62,960 nucleotides of DNA from a bacterium (GCA_024226235.1 JAAELW010000228.1:1-62960); one strand, 5' to 3'. Counted from the first letter of the stretch, positions 38,109-48,227 are shown. The notes: generated from the letters alone by a model not told the origin. Numbers and translations: made by a program.

Positions 38109-41100
38109 ACCAGGTATCGATGCAGGGGCGTTTCTTGCCTGGCCGGGGGGGTGGAGGGGGAGCCGAGCGCAGTGCGCTCATCACCCAGGTGCGGGAGCTG
38201 GCCGGGTCGATGACGTCGTCGATCTCGAAGGTCGATGCGGTGTTGAGGGCCTTCCCGTGCTCGTACATCCGGGCAACCATTTCGTCGTAGAGGACGCGGC
38301 GTTTGGCCGGATCCTGTTCTGCGGCCAACTCTTTGCGGTAGCCGAGCTTCACGGCACCTTCGAGGCCCATGCCTCCGAATTCACCCGTCGGCCAGGCCAC
38401 GGTGAACAGGCCCGCTTTGAAGCTTCCGCCCGCCATGGCCTGGGCGCCCAGGCCGTAGCCCTTGCGCAGCACGATCGTGAAGAAGGGCACGCTCACGCTG
38501 GCGGCGGTCACGAACATGCGGCTGGCGTGACGGACCAGCGCCGTCTTTTCTGCCTCGGGGCCGACCATGATACCGGGTGTATCGCAGAGGAAGAGGATCG
38601 GCAGGTCGAACGCATCGCAGAGCTGCATGAAGCGCGCGGCCTTGTCGGCGCCATCGCTGTCGATGGCTCCTGCCAGGTGGGTCGGGTTGTTCGCAATGAT
38701 GCCGAGTGGGCGACCCTCTACGCGCGCAAGAGCAGTGACCATTCCGGGACCGAAGCCCCGGCGCAGCTCGAGCACTGAACCGGTATCGGCCAGTGTCTCG
38801 AGCACTTCGCGAACGTCGTAGATGCGTAGCCGGTTCTCCGGAATCGCACTGCGCAGCAGACGCTGATCGGCGCACTCCCAGTCTGCCAGTGAGCCCTGGA
38901 AGTAGGAGAGATATTGCTTGGCAACCCGCACGGCCTCGGCTTCGTCGGCGACGGGAATGTCGACGACACCGCTCGGCACCTGGTCGGACATCGGACCGAC
39001 TTCCTCGGGTCGGAACACTCCGAGTCCGCCACCCTCGATCATCGCGGGGCCACCCATCCCGATGTTCGAGCCCTCGGTCGCGATCACGACATCACAGCAG
39101 CCGAGCAGCGCTGCGTTGCCGGCAAAGCAACGACCCGAGGTGATGCCCACCAGCGGCACCAGGCCCGACAGCCGTGCAAAGAAGTAGAAGGCCATGCAAT
39201 CGAGGCCGGCCACCCCCACGCCGTCCGTATCCCCTGGGCGACCGCCGCCGCCCTCGGTCAGGATGACCAGGGGAATCCGCATGTCCTCGGCCAACTCGAA
39301 CATGCGGTCCTTCTTGCGGTGGTTCTGCAAACCCTGGGTCCCGGCAAGCACTGTGTAGTCGTAGGAGAGGGCCACGCAGCGCGAGGCCATTTCTCCGAAT
39401 TCGTCACCATTCACGCTGCCGATGCCCGCCACCATGCCGTCGGCGGGAGTGCGCCGGATCAGATCGTCGAGGCTTCGCCGCCGGCGTTGCGCCGCGATGA
39501 CGACCGCACCGTACTCGACGAAGGAGCCTGGATCGCACAGATCTTCCAGGTTCTCTCGGGCCGTTCGCTGCCCGGTCTTGCGCCGGCGAGCGACGGCCTC
39601 GGGCCGCGCCCCGTCGAAACCCAGCTCATGACGCTGTTGGGTCTCGGCCAGATCCGGCCGGACATGGTCGAGATCGATGGCCTCCGGCTGATCGACCACC
39701 CGATGATCGACATCGGCTTCTTCGAGAAAGAGCAGAGGGTGCCCCTCCAACACCGTGTCTCCCGGAGCCACGGCCAGCGCCCGCACGAACCCGCTGCGAT
39801 CGGACGCGATGACGTGCTCCATCTTCATCGCCTCCATCACCAGCAGCGGTTGCTCCCGGGCGATGGTGTCTCCGACAGCGACATCCACACTCACGATGGT
39901 GCCTTGAAGGGGCGCGGGAACAGGCTCGGAACCAAGCGGCCCGGCCGCGGATGGTTTGTGAACGGCAGGCTCGTCGCTCACTTGCTGCACAGACACGGGC
40001 ACCCCCTTGCCGTGCTCCAGCACAGCCAGGGGATCGTTGCGGTCGAGGCGAGCGCCGGCGAACCCGGCTTCCCCGACCTGCTGCAGGGAATCGGTCGCCG
40101 GGATCGCCGCCAGCAGCTCCGAAAGGTGCGCCTCGACGAAGCGGGTCGTCACCCGGTTCGCAGCGACCTCCGGATGCGACAGCAGGCTTCGAAGCAAAGG
40201 CAAATTGGTCCGTGTGCCCTCGATCCGGAACTCGCCCAGTGCGCGGAGAGCCCTCGCGACCACAGCCCCGAATTCGCCCGAAGGCGAATGGGCGACGAGC
40301 TTCGCCAGCAGGGAATCGAAACGCGGGTTCGTCGCGTAGCCGGTGTAGCCGTAGCCATCCACCCGGATGCCGGGGCCTGCGGGGGGCTCGTAGGCCGTCA
40401 ACACACCGCCCGATGGCCGCAGTGTGCCATCCTCGGCCAGGGTTTCCAGATTGACCCGCGCTTGAAGTGCGAAACCGCGGGGCGCCGGTACATCCTGCTG
40501 ACGAAGCCCCAGGTCTTCGAGCGTTGCGCCGCCGGCGATCCGAAGCTGCACCGCCACGAGATCGACACCCATCACCTCTTCGGTCACGGTGTGCTCCACC
40601 TGCAACCGTGGGTTGGCTTCGATGAAGGCCCAGCCGCCATCCGCCTCGGCATCGAGCAGGAACTCGAACGTGCCGAGGCTGCGGTAGCCGACTTCCCGGG
40701 CCATACGGACGGCAGCTTCGGCGAGCTGTGTGCGCAACCCATTCGACAGGGTCGGACTCGGTGCGATCTCGATCAGCTTCTGGTGCCGGCGCTGCAGGCT
40801 GCACTCGCGCTCGCCGAGCTGCACGATACCGCCCTGACCATCGGCCACGATCTGGATCTCCAGATGGCGAGCAGCGGGCATCAGCCGCTCGACGTAGAGC
40901 GCGTCGTTTCCAAAGGCCGCTCCGGCCTCGGACGCACAACGCGCCCAGACCGCTTCCAGGGCTTCGGCATCCTCCACCACGCGCATTCCGCGGCCGCCAC
41001 CGCCTGCGAGCGCCTTGACCATCACCTGCCCGCCCTCACCTAGCGAAGACAGGAATTCGCGTGCCTCGTCGAGACTGGTCGGCCCGCTGGTTCCGGGCAA

Positions 41101-41481
41101 GACGGGCACTCCAGAGCGCTCGGCCAGCGAACGGGCGGCGGTCTTGTCACCGAGGGCCAGCAGGGTTTCCGACCGCGGGCCGATCCAGACGATGCCCGCC
41201 TCTTCGCAGGCATGCGCCAGCTCCGCGCTCTCGCTCAACAGCCCGTAGCCCGGATGCAGCGCATCGCATCCCGTCTCACGAGCCGCTGCGACGAGCGCTG
41301 GGGCATCCAGGTACGCTGCCGGCCCGGTGCCCGACAGTGCGTGGGTCTCGTCGGCCATGCGCAAGTGAAGGCCGGATGCATCGTCCGGCGAAGCCACCGC
41401 AACCGATCGGATGCCCAGCTCTCCTGCAGCGCGCAGCACGCGCACGGCGACTTCGCCGCGATTCGCAACCAGCAGCTTCAT
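38107..41481 (-). CDS. Single-chain biotin-dependent acyl-CoA carboxylase (BC-BCCP-CT fusion)
   Basis: KLLVANRGE, HPGYG, GGGGRGMR, ECSLQRRHQK, RLQVEH; EAMKM biotinyl-Lys; DYTVLAGTQG, EGGGGRPGD and CDTPGIMVG. Confidence 0.95.
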   Translation of the reverse strand: MKLLVANRGEVAVRVLRAAGELGIRSVAVASPDDASGLHLRMADETHALSGTGPAAYLDAPALVAAARETGCDALHPGYGLLSESAELAHACEEAGIVWIGPRSETLLALGDKTAARSLAERSGVPVLPGTSGPTSLDEAREFLSSLGEGGQVMVKALAGGGGRGMRVVEDAEALEAVWARCASEAGAAFGNDALYVERLMPAARHLEIQIVADGQGGIVQLGERECSLQRRHQKLIEIAPSPTLSNGLRTQLAEAAVRMAREVGYRSLGTFEFLLDAEADGGWAFIEANPRLQVEHTVTEEVMGVDLVAVQLRIAGGATLEDLGLRQQDVPAPRGFALQARVNLETLAEDGTLRPSGGVLTAYEPPAGPGIRVDGYGYTGYATNPRFDSLLAKLVAHSPSGEFGAVVARALRALGEFRIEGTRTNLPLLRSLLSHPEVAANRVTTRFVEAHLSELLAAIPATDSLQQVGEAGFAGARLDRNDPLAVLEHGKGVPVSVQQVSDEPAVHKPSAAGPLGSEPVPAPLQGTIVSVDVAVGDTIAREQPLLVMEAMKMEHVIASDRSGFVRALAVAPGDTVLEGHPLLFLEEADVDHRVVDQPEAIDLDHVRPDLAETQQRHELGFDGARPEAVARRRKTGQRTARENLEDLCDPGSFVEYGAVVIAAQRRRRSLDDLIRRTPADGMVAGIGSVNGDEFGEMASRCVALSYDYTVLAGTQGLQNHRKKDRMFELAEDMRIPLVILTEGGGGRPGDTDGVGVAGLDCMAFYFFARLSGLVPLVGITSGRCFAGNAALLGCCDVVIATEGSNIGMGGPAMIEGGGLGVFRPEEVGPMSDQVPSGVVDIPVADEAEAVRVAKQYLSYFQGSLADWECADQRLLRSAIPENRLRIYDVREVLETLADTGSVLELRRGFGPGMVTALARVEGRPLGIIANNPTHLAGAIDSDGADKAARFMQLCDAFDLPILFLCDTPGIMVGPEAEKTALVRHASRMFVTAASVSVPFFTIVLRKGYGLGAQAMAGGSFKAGLFTVAWPTGEFGGMGLEGAVKLGYRKELAAEQDPAKRRVLYDEMVARMYEHGKALNTASTFEIDDVIDPASSRTWVMSALRSAPPPPPRPGKKRPCIDTW

Positions 41482-41493
41482 GACGCTAGGTCG

Positions 41494-42363
41494 TTACGTC
41501 CTTGCTTCTCGGCGTTTCTTCATCAGCGCGATGATCGGCGAGGGCTCGGCAGGATGCCATTTCGTCTGCTTGGGCTCCTCGTGCCAGACGAAGGGCAGGT
41601 GCTCGACGGTGCCCGGTTCTTTTGCGGTCTCGAACAGCGCAAGGCCTGCGCGCAGCACGCTCCCTTGGGTCTCGGTATCGCCCACATCACCGAAGGGGCG
41701 CCCGAACGGATGCTCGATGGCCGCGACCCGCGGCATTCCAATGGCGCGCTGGAACGGCCATAGCATGTTCAGCGTGACGGTCGGGATACCCCGCGCTTCG
41801 ATCTCTCGTGCGACCAGTCCCACGGACCGGCAACAATCGGGTCAAACCGGCGTGAGGAGCGCCAGGTCGACTTCCTCACTCCGCATGGCCTCCGCGATCT
41901 CAGGGGCACTCTTCTCCACCAGGTCGCTGGAATCGTTGCCCTGGAAACCCATAATGGAGTAGTGGCTCGGAGCGCTGGCACCCACGACGCCTTCGGCCAC
42001 GAGCTCTCGCAGCCGGTCGACCGGAAGCGCCACGTTCAGGTCCCGCTCCACGTACCCCGTATCGATGTGCAGATGGTTCGCATCGATCTCTGCAGCAGTG
42101 GCGTCCGCTCGCAGCCGACGCCAGCTGGAATCTCCCCGGGTCGGATTCTGGCGCTCGAACTCCATGTCGAAGGGTGTGTCTCCCTTCATCGAGAGGCCGG
42201 ACGTCGAAAGCAGCGCCACTTTCGACTGGGCGAGCGGCTTGGTCACCGGCGTCCATGGAATCGGCGGATGATTCGGCTCGTCTGGGATCCCTCCCGAGAG
42301 GATCCTCTCGAGGAACGAACCGGCGAATCGCCACGGATCGACTTCGCGGAGTGTGTTGTTCAT
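41494..42363 (-). CDS. Selenoprotein of the PrdB/GrdB (proline/glycine reductase selenoprotein B) family; Sec at TGA 41844-41842
   Basis: ORFs 41842..42363 and 41494..41823 share a frame, and read-through gives LLTPV-U-PDCCRSVGLVAREIEARGIPTV. Family motifs lie on both sides (KVALLSTSG, GDSSWR, DLNVALP, PRVAA, HPFGRPFG); SECIS-like hairpin. Confidence 0.88.
41813..41831 (-). promoter_or_regulatory. Putative bacterial SECIS element
   Basis: mRNA reads UGA-CCCGAUUGUU-GCCGGUCC-GUG-GGACUGGU: an 8-bp stem (2 G-U) whose loop starts with G 18 nt after the UGA. Confidence 0.7.
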
Positions 42364-42391
42364 GACCAGAAGTTACCACGGCTGCGGCCGA

Positions 42392-43195
42392 TCAGTCTTT
42401 GAACTCCGGCTTGCGCCCTTCCTTGCGGGCCCGGGTGGCCTCTTCGAAGTTCTGGGTCGTGAGCCGCACGAAGAGCTGGGTGTGCTTCTCCATCTCGATC
42501 GCTGCGTCCAGGCTTCCGGTCTCGAGACCCGCCCAGATCATCCGCTTCGTGAGCTGCACGCCCTGGGTGCTCCAGCCGTTGATCTGATCGGCGAGGGCCA
42601 GGGCGGCGTCCATCAGCTCTGCGTCGGGGACGGTCTTCGACACCAGGCCGATCTCCGCTGCCTCTTGCGCAGAAACGTCCCGCCCGGAGAGCATGATCTC
42701 GAATGCGCGGCTGCTCCCGATGGCGCGCGGCAACAGGAAGCTCACGCCCAGCTCCGTGGCCGTGAGTCCGTTGTTGATGCCTGCGGCACGAAAGTAGGCC
42801 GACTCCGCCGCGATCCGCACATCCGCCCCCAGCGTGAGGCACATGCCGCCGCCGATCGCCGCCCCGTTGACCGCACAGATCACCGGCTGAGGCATGCGCC
42901 GCAGAGCCGGCACCAGGTCGGACAAGATCGTCATCGAGCGGGTGGCGATCCGTGTGAGCGTCATGCCTTCGATGTCCGGCGGGGGCTCGGTGCCCTGGGT
43001 GTCTGCCCCGGAGCAGAACCCGCGGCCCGTTCCGGTGAGAACCACGCACCAGGTGTCAGAATCCGCCGCCACCTCTTCGATCGCTTCGTGCAGCGGCATC
43101 GCCAGCTCGAAGGCCAGCGAGTTCATCCGCTCGGGCCGATCGAGGACGATCACGCTGGTATGGAGACCCGGTTTTTCGATGCGGACATGACTCAT
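42392..43195 (-). CDS. Enoyl-CoA hydratase/isomerase
   Basis: LDRPERMN, GRGFCSGAD, AVNGAAIGGG and ELGVSFLLPR. Confidence 0.9.
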   Translation of the reverse strand: MSHVRIEKPGLHTSVIVLDRPERMNSLAFELAMPLHEAIEEVAADSDTWCVVLTGTGRGFCSGADTQGTEPPPDIEGMTLTRIATRSMTILSDLVPALRRMPQPVICAVNGAAIGGGMCLTLGADVRIAAESAYFRAAGINNGLTATELGVSFLLPRAIGSSRAFEIMLSGRDVSAQEAAEIGLVSKTVPDAELMDAALALADQINGWSTQGVQLTKRMIWAGLETGSLDAAIEMEKHTQLFVRLTTQNFEEATRARKEGRKPEFKD

Positions 43196-43204
43196 CGCCG
43201 CGGC

Positions 43205-43651
43205 CTAGAAGAGGATCGAAAGGGCCGAAGCCACTGCCATCCAGAGCGTGATCACGAAACCGATCGCCCAGGCTGCGGTTCGATGCGGCATCAGTCCCTT
43301 CATGTAGAGGACGAGATGCAGAATGCGCCCGATCGGAAAACCCGCGAAGCAGATCCATAGACCGAGTGTGCTCGGCTGGGTGAGTGCATAGACGAACCCC
43401 ACCAACACGAAGGGCAGACCCGCTTCCAGATCGTTCAGGTGCGCGCGCCGCGCACGCTCGACCTCTTCGTCGGTGGCAGTCTGGGGTTCGAGCTTCTGCA
43501 TCTCGTAGTCTTCGGGCGAGGCGAAGACATTCTTTCGGATTCGAATCGAGCTGACGACCATGCCCGTCACCAGGGTCTTCAGTGCCACCACGATGCACGA
43601 AAGCGCCCAAGCCTTGATGGCGGGGTTCGAGAGAAGCTGTTCCCAGAGCAT
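43205..43651 (-). CDS. MAPEG family protein (MGST1/PTGES-like)
   Basis: VFASPED and VERARRAHLNDLE motifs; GRILH; AGGAGG RBS. Confidence 0.88.
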   Translation of the reverse strand: MLWEQLLSNPAIKAWALSCIVVALKTLVTGMVVSSIRIRKNVFASPEDYEMQKLEPQTATDEEVERARRAHLNDLEAGLPFVLVGFVYALTQPSTLGLWICFAGFPIGRILHLVLYMKGLMPHRTAAWAIGFVITLWMAVASALSILF

Positions 43652-43700
43652 GGACGATCCTCCTGCTGAGGGCGACGCTAGCACGTACGCTTGGCGCGAT

Positions 43701-43768
43701 GAATGTGGGTTCCGCTGGCTGCGGGGCTAGCAGGGAATGTGGGTTCCGCTGGCTGCCGGGCTAGCAGG
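43701..43768. repeat. 34-bp tandem duplication (1 mismatch) in a divergent promoter region
   Basis: GAATGTGGGTTCCGCTGGCTGC[G/C]GGGCTAGCAGG x2. Confidence 0.9.
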
Positions 43769-43811
43769 ACCCGACCCGGACGAGGCATGCTCCCACTTGG
43801 AGGAACAAGCC

Positions 43812-44948
43812 ATGTCCGATATCCAACCCTTCCGGATCTCCGCGAGCGACGAACAGCTCGACGATCTGCATCGCCGTCTCCGAAACACCCGCTGGCCGGA
43901 GGCGGAGACACCCGACGATTGGTCCCAGGGCATCCCGCTTGCCTACACCCAGGAGGTCTGCGCGTACTGGGCCGAGAAGTACGACTGGCGTACCCGAGAG
44001 GCAAGCCTGAACCGGTTCGACCAGTTCAAGACCGGGATCGACGGTCTGGGCATCCACTTCATCCACCAGCGCTCACCTCATCAGGATGCACTGCCGCTCG
44101 TGATGACTCACGGCTGGCCCGGGTCGATCGTGGAATTCCAGAAGGTGATCGATCCGCTGACGAACCCGACGGCTCACGGTGGCAACGCCGCTGATGCATT
44201 CCACGTCGTATGCCCGTCCCTGCCTGGCTTCGGCTTCTCGGACAAACCGACCGGGCCCGGCTGGGGAGTTCCAAAGATCGCGGCAGCTTGGGCCGAACTG
44301 ATGCCGAAACTCGGCTATTCGAATTACGTCGCCCAGGGAGGCGACTGGGGCGCGATGGTCACGACCGCGATCGGCATCCAGGACCCGGAGAACTGCCGCG
44401 GCATCCACCTCAACATGCCGATCGTGGCCCCTGACCCGGAGACCATGACCGAGCTCACCGAACTGGAGCAGGCCGCGCTCGCGAGCATGCAGCACTACCA
44501 GGAAAAGGACTCGGGCTACTCGAAGCAGCAGAGCACGCGCCCGCAAACCCTGGCCTACGGGCTGACGGATTCCCCCGCCGGTCAGGCCGCCTGGATCCTC
44601 GAGAAGTTCTGGTCCTGGACGGACTGCGATGGCCATCCGGAGAACGCGCTGACCCGTGACGAAATGCTCGACAACGTGATGCTCTACTGGCTCCCAGCAA
44701 CGGGCGCGTCCTCTGCCCGCCTCTACTGGGAGAGCTTCAACCAGGTCAACATGGAGCCGGTCACGATCCCGGTAGGCTGCTCGATCTTCCCGAAGGAGAT
44801 CTTCCTCTGCTCGCGCCGCTGGGCCGAGAAGCGCTTCACGAACCTCGTCCACTGGAACGAGTTGAAACGCGGCGGCCACTTCGCCGCCTTCGAACAGCCC
44901 ACCACCTTCGTCGAAGAACTCCGGACCTGCTTCCGTCCCCTCCGTTGA
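43812..44948 (+). CDS. Epoxide hydrolase (microsomal/EHN type)
   Basis: IQPFRI, HGWPGS, PSLPGFGFS, QGGDWG and GGHFAAFEQP. Confidence 0.93.
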   Translation: MSDIQPFRISASDEQLDDLHRRLRNTRWPEAETPDDWSQGIPLAYTQEVCAYWAEKYDWRTREASLNRFDQFKTGIDGLGIHFIHQRSPHQDALPLVMTHGWPGSIVEFQKVIDPLTNPTAHGGNAADAFHVVCPSLPGFGFSDKPTGPGWGVPKIAAAWAELMPKLGYSNYVAQGGDWGAMVTTAIGIQDPENCRGIHLNMPIVAPDPETMTELTELEQAALASMQHYQEKDSGYSKQQSTRPQTLAYGLTDSPAGQAAWILEKFWSWTDCDGHPENALTRDEMLDNVMLYWLPATGASSARLYWESFNQVNMEPVTIPVGCSIFPKEIFLCSRRWAEKRFTNLVHWNELKRGGHFAAFEQPTTFVEELRTCFRPLR

Positions 44949-44964
44949 AAAGCGGCCCCGTTTC

Positions 44965-46848
44965 CTAGCGGCCCCGCTTCTTCACTACATCGAGGAGGCC
45001 TTTGCCGAAGCGGTCGGCCTTGGCGGGACCGATGCCGTGGGCAAGGAGGAGTTCTTCGCGGTTTCGGGGGCGGAGGAGTGCTATGTCGCGCAGGGTTCGG
45101 TCGCTGGCGACGACGTAGGGCGGGACACCAGCGGCACGGGCAACTTCCAGGCGGTGGTGACGCAGGGCTTCGAACAGGGCTTCCCCGGCTTCGTCGAGAG
45201 CGTCGGCGACGGCGGTTGCGCGACCCGCCACGGCCTTGCGCCTGGTGGGTGGACGGGCGGGGGGGCGGCCTGCTGCCGGAAGGACGAGCCGAGCGGGTAG
45301 CTCAGCGCGCATCACACGAGCGCCCTCCTCCGTCAGCACGACGACCGGGCGATCACCCCCGATGAAATCGACCCAGCCGGCGGTCACACAGCGGCGCAGC
45401 AGCTTCGTAATCCACAGCTCTGCGTGCTCGGAGAGCACCCCGAAGGTCGGAGTCTGGTCGAGACGGGTTTCGGCGAGTCGTTCGTCCCGGCTGCCGTGCA
45501 GGAGCTTGGCGGCCATCTGCAAGCCGAAGCGGCCGTGCAGCCGCGCGATTCCGGAGAGTGCCTTGCGAACGACCAGCGTGACGGTCTCCTCGTCATCCTC
45601 ACCGCGGGCCACCAGATCGAGGCAGACATCGCAGCGGCCACAGCCTGCCAGGGTCTCTTCTTCATCGCCGAAGTAGCGCAAGATGGCATCGTGGCGGCAG
45701 CTTCCCCCTTCTGCCCAGCGCATCAGCTCGAGAAACAGGTTCCACTTGTGGCGCACGATCTCAGGATCCGGAGCACCACCGCCTGCGTCACTCTCGATCA
45801 GGTATCGCCGCAACGGGAGATCTCCGGCCGAAACGAGCAGCTGGCCGCAAGCCGGGTCGCCATCGCGGCCTGCCCGACCGACCTCCTGGTAGTAGGCCTC
45901 GATCGAGCTCGGCGGTGCGAGATGCACGACAGCCCGCACATCGGAACGATCGATTCCCATTCCGAAGGCGTTCGTGGCAACGACGACCTCGGTCTGGCCG
46001 GCCGAGAAACGCGCGTGCACGGCCTCACGAACGGAACCGCGCAAGCCAGCATGGTAGGCCTCGGCCTGGTATCCGGCTCGGGTCAGGCGTGTAGCTTCCT
46101 GCTCCGTCGACTTCCGCGTGGGCGCGTAGACGATGGCGCAGCCCTCCACCTGACCCGGCGCACCCAACGCCTCGCGCAGGGTGGCATCCACCGATGCATT
46201 CTTGTCCCGCTTCGAAGCCACCTCCCGTGCACCCAACGCCAAGTTGGGCCGTGCAAAGCCTCGCACGAGCTGGGGCGTATCCGCGGGCAATCCGAGCCGC
46301 TCGAGGATCTCGTCGCGTACGACCGGTGTGGCCGTTGCGGTGCAAGCGAGCACCCGAGCATCCGGAATCGTTGCAATCACCTCACCGATCTGCATGTACT
46401 CGGGTCTGAAGTCGTGACCCCACTCACTGATGCAGTGGGCTTCGTCGACGGCGATCAGCGGACACTCGAGATCGGCCAGCAGCGAGCGGAACCCGTCGAA
46501 AGCCAGCCGCTCCGGTGCGACATAGGCAAGCTTGTAGCTCCCCCGGCCGAGCTCGCGCATACGGCGCCGAAGCTCGGCACCCTCGAGGGTCGCAGCCAGG
46601 AAGGTGGCAGGCACTCCGATGGTCTCGAGCGCGGATACCTGGTCTTGCATCAGCGAAACCAATGGCGAGACGATCAGGCTGGTGCCCGGCAAGCTGGCAG
46701 CCGGAAGCTGATAGACGAGGCTCTTGCCGCCACCGGTCGGCGCTACGAGCAGCAGCCTCCCCACGCGCAGCAGTGTTTCAACCGCCTCGCGCTGCCCCGG
46801 GCGGAACTTCTCGAGCCCGAAACGCTCGAGCGATCCATTCAGATCCAT
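44965..46848 (-). CDS. recQ: RecQ family ATP-dependent DNA helicase
   Basis: PTGGGKS, DEAHCISEWGHDFRP, ATNAFGMGID, QEVGRAGRDG, Zn-binding Cys, RQC and HRDC (VPPYVVASD). Confidence 0.95.
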   Translation of the reverse strand: MDLNGSLERFGLEKFRPGQREAVETLLRVGRLLLVAPTGGGKSLVYQLPAASLPGTSLIVSPLVSLMQDQVSALETIGVPATFLAATLEGAELRRRMRELGRGSYKLAYVAPERLAFDGFRSLLADLECPLIAVDEAHCISEWGHDFRPEYMQIGEVIATIPDARVLACTATATPVVRDEILERLGLPADTPQLVRGFARPNLALGAREVASKRDKNASVDATLREALGAPGQVEGCAIVYAPTRKSTEQEATRLTRAGYQAEAYHAGLRGSVREAVHARFSAGQTEVVVATNAFGMGIDRSDVRAVVHLAPPSSIEAYYQEVGRAGRDGDPACGQLLVSAGDLPLRRYLIESDAGGGAPDPEIVRHKWNLFLELMRWAEGGSCRHDAILRYFGDEEETLAGCGRCDVCLDLVARGEDDEETVTLVVRKALSGIARLHGRFGLQMAAKLLHGSRDERLAETRLDQTPTFGVLSEHAELWITKLLRRCVTAGWVDFIGGDRPVVVLTEEGARVMRAELPARLVLPAAGRPPARPPTRRKAVAGRATAVADALDEAGEALFEALRHHRLEVARAAGVPPYVVASDRTLRDIALLRPRNREELLLAHGIGPAKADRFGKGLLDVVKKRGR

Positions 46849-46991
46849 CGACAAGATGTTCCTCGGAGGAGACCGGGGCCGAAGAACGTAGCCATTCGCA
46901 CCGACGGTGGCCCTCCCGGCGTGGAGATTGGTAGCGCACCGTTCGCGAGTGCTAGCTTGTCTGGCCGCCAGAACGCCCAAAGGAGGATCCG

Positions 46992-48227
46992 ATGATCGAG
47001 TGGAGCGAACAGCACGAGATGATCCGAGACGCGGTGCGCCGCTTCATCGAGGAGGAGATCGTCCCGAATCTGGAGGAGCTCGAGCACGGCGATCTCCCGC
47101 CGTACGACATCTTGCGCAAGCTGTACGCCACCTTTGGCATGGACGAGATGGCGCGCAGCCGTTTCGAGCGGCAGATCGCAAAGGCCGAGGCAGGCGAGGG
47201 CAAGGAGAAGAAGACCCAAGAGGGGGACGGCACCGGCGACGGCGCCGCGATGCAGCTGGTCCCGATCATCGAGCTCTGCCGCTACTGCCCCGGCATGGTC
47301 ACTGCCATGGGTGTCTCGGTGGGCCTCACCGGTGCTGCGATCATGTCGAAGGGCACAATCGAACAAAAGAAGCATTGGGGCCTCGACGTGCTCACGCTGG
47401 CGAAAGTAGGCGCCTGGGCGATCACCGAACCCGGCTCGGGTTCCGACGCGTTCGGCGGCATGAAGGCTTCGGCCCGCCGCGAGGGCGACGAGTTCGTTCT
47501 GAACGGCAACAAGACCTTCATCACCAACGGTCCGTATGCCGACACGATCGTCTTCATCTGCAAGCTCGAAGAAGAAGGCGTCGACTCACGGGATCGCAAG
47601 ATCCTGAACTTCGTACTCGATCGTGGCATGCCGGGCCTCGAACAGAGCAAACCCCTGCGCAAGATGGGCATGCACTCCTCACCCACGGGCGAGCTCTTCG
47701 TCAACGATCTTCGCTGCGGAATCGACCACCTGCTCGGCGGGGAGGACGCCCTGACAAAGAGCCGCGGCGCTGGCCGCGAGGGCGCCAAGGACACCTTCCA
47801 GACCGAGCGTTCGGGCGTGGCAGCGATGGCCTTGGGAATCATCTCTCGCTGTCTGGAGCTATCCGTCGAGTACTCCCGCGAGCGTGTGCAATGGGAGAAG
47901 CCGATCGGCGAATACCAGCTGATCCAGGAGAAGCTGGCGCGCATGGAAGTCGCGCGAATGAACGTCCAGAATCTGGTGTTCCGAACCATCGAGCTCTCCG
48001 CTCATGGCCGGAGCATGGGGCTGGCCGAAGCCTCCGCGATGAAGCTCTACTCAGCCCGAGCCGCGGTCGAAGTCGCGATGGAGGCAGTGCAGGTCTTCGG
48101 AGGCAACGGCTACATGGCCGAGTACCACGTGGAACAGTTGGCCCGGGACGCGAAGGTCTTGCAGATCTATGCGGGTACGGACGAGATCCAGATCCGTGCG
48201 ATCGCCCGCGACCTGCTGACCGGCTGA
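46992..48227 (+). CDS. Acyl-CoA dehydrogenase
   Basis: AITEPGSGSD, LNGNKTFITNG, QVFGGNGY and IYAGTDEIQ. Confidence 0.95.
   Translation: MIEWSEQHEMIRDAVRRFIEEEIVPNLEELEHGDLPPYDILRKLYATFGMDEMARSRFERQIAKAEAGEGKEKKTQEGDGTGDGAAMQLVPIIELCRYCPGMVTAMGVSVGLTGAAIMSKGTIEQKKHWGLDVLTLAKVGAWAITEPGSGSDAFGGMKASARREGDEFVLNGNKTFITNGPYADTIVFICKLEEEGVDSRDRKILNFVLDRGMPGLEQSKPLRKMGMHSSPTGELFVNDLRCGIDHLLGGEDALTKSRGAGREGAKDTFQTERSGVAAMALGIISRCLELSVEYSRERVQWEKPIGEYQLIQEKLARMEVARMNVQNLVFRTIELSAHGRSMGLAEASAMKLYSARAAVEVAMEAVQVFGGNGYMAEYHVEQLARDAKVLQIYAGTDEIQIRAIARDLLTG

Noticed and set aside
41494-42363. Pseudogene with a nonsense mutation, or two separate genes
   Set aside because: The stop is TGA exactly at the family's catalytic U/C position, a SECIS-like hairpin follows, and both halves are otherwise intact.
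43701-43768. CRISPR array (34-bp repeat; also the 23-bp repeats at 38053-38098)
   Set aside because: Only two copies, directly adjacent with no spacers, and no cas genes.
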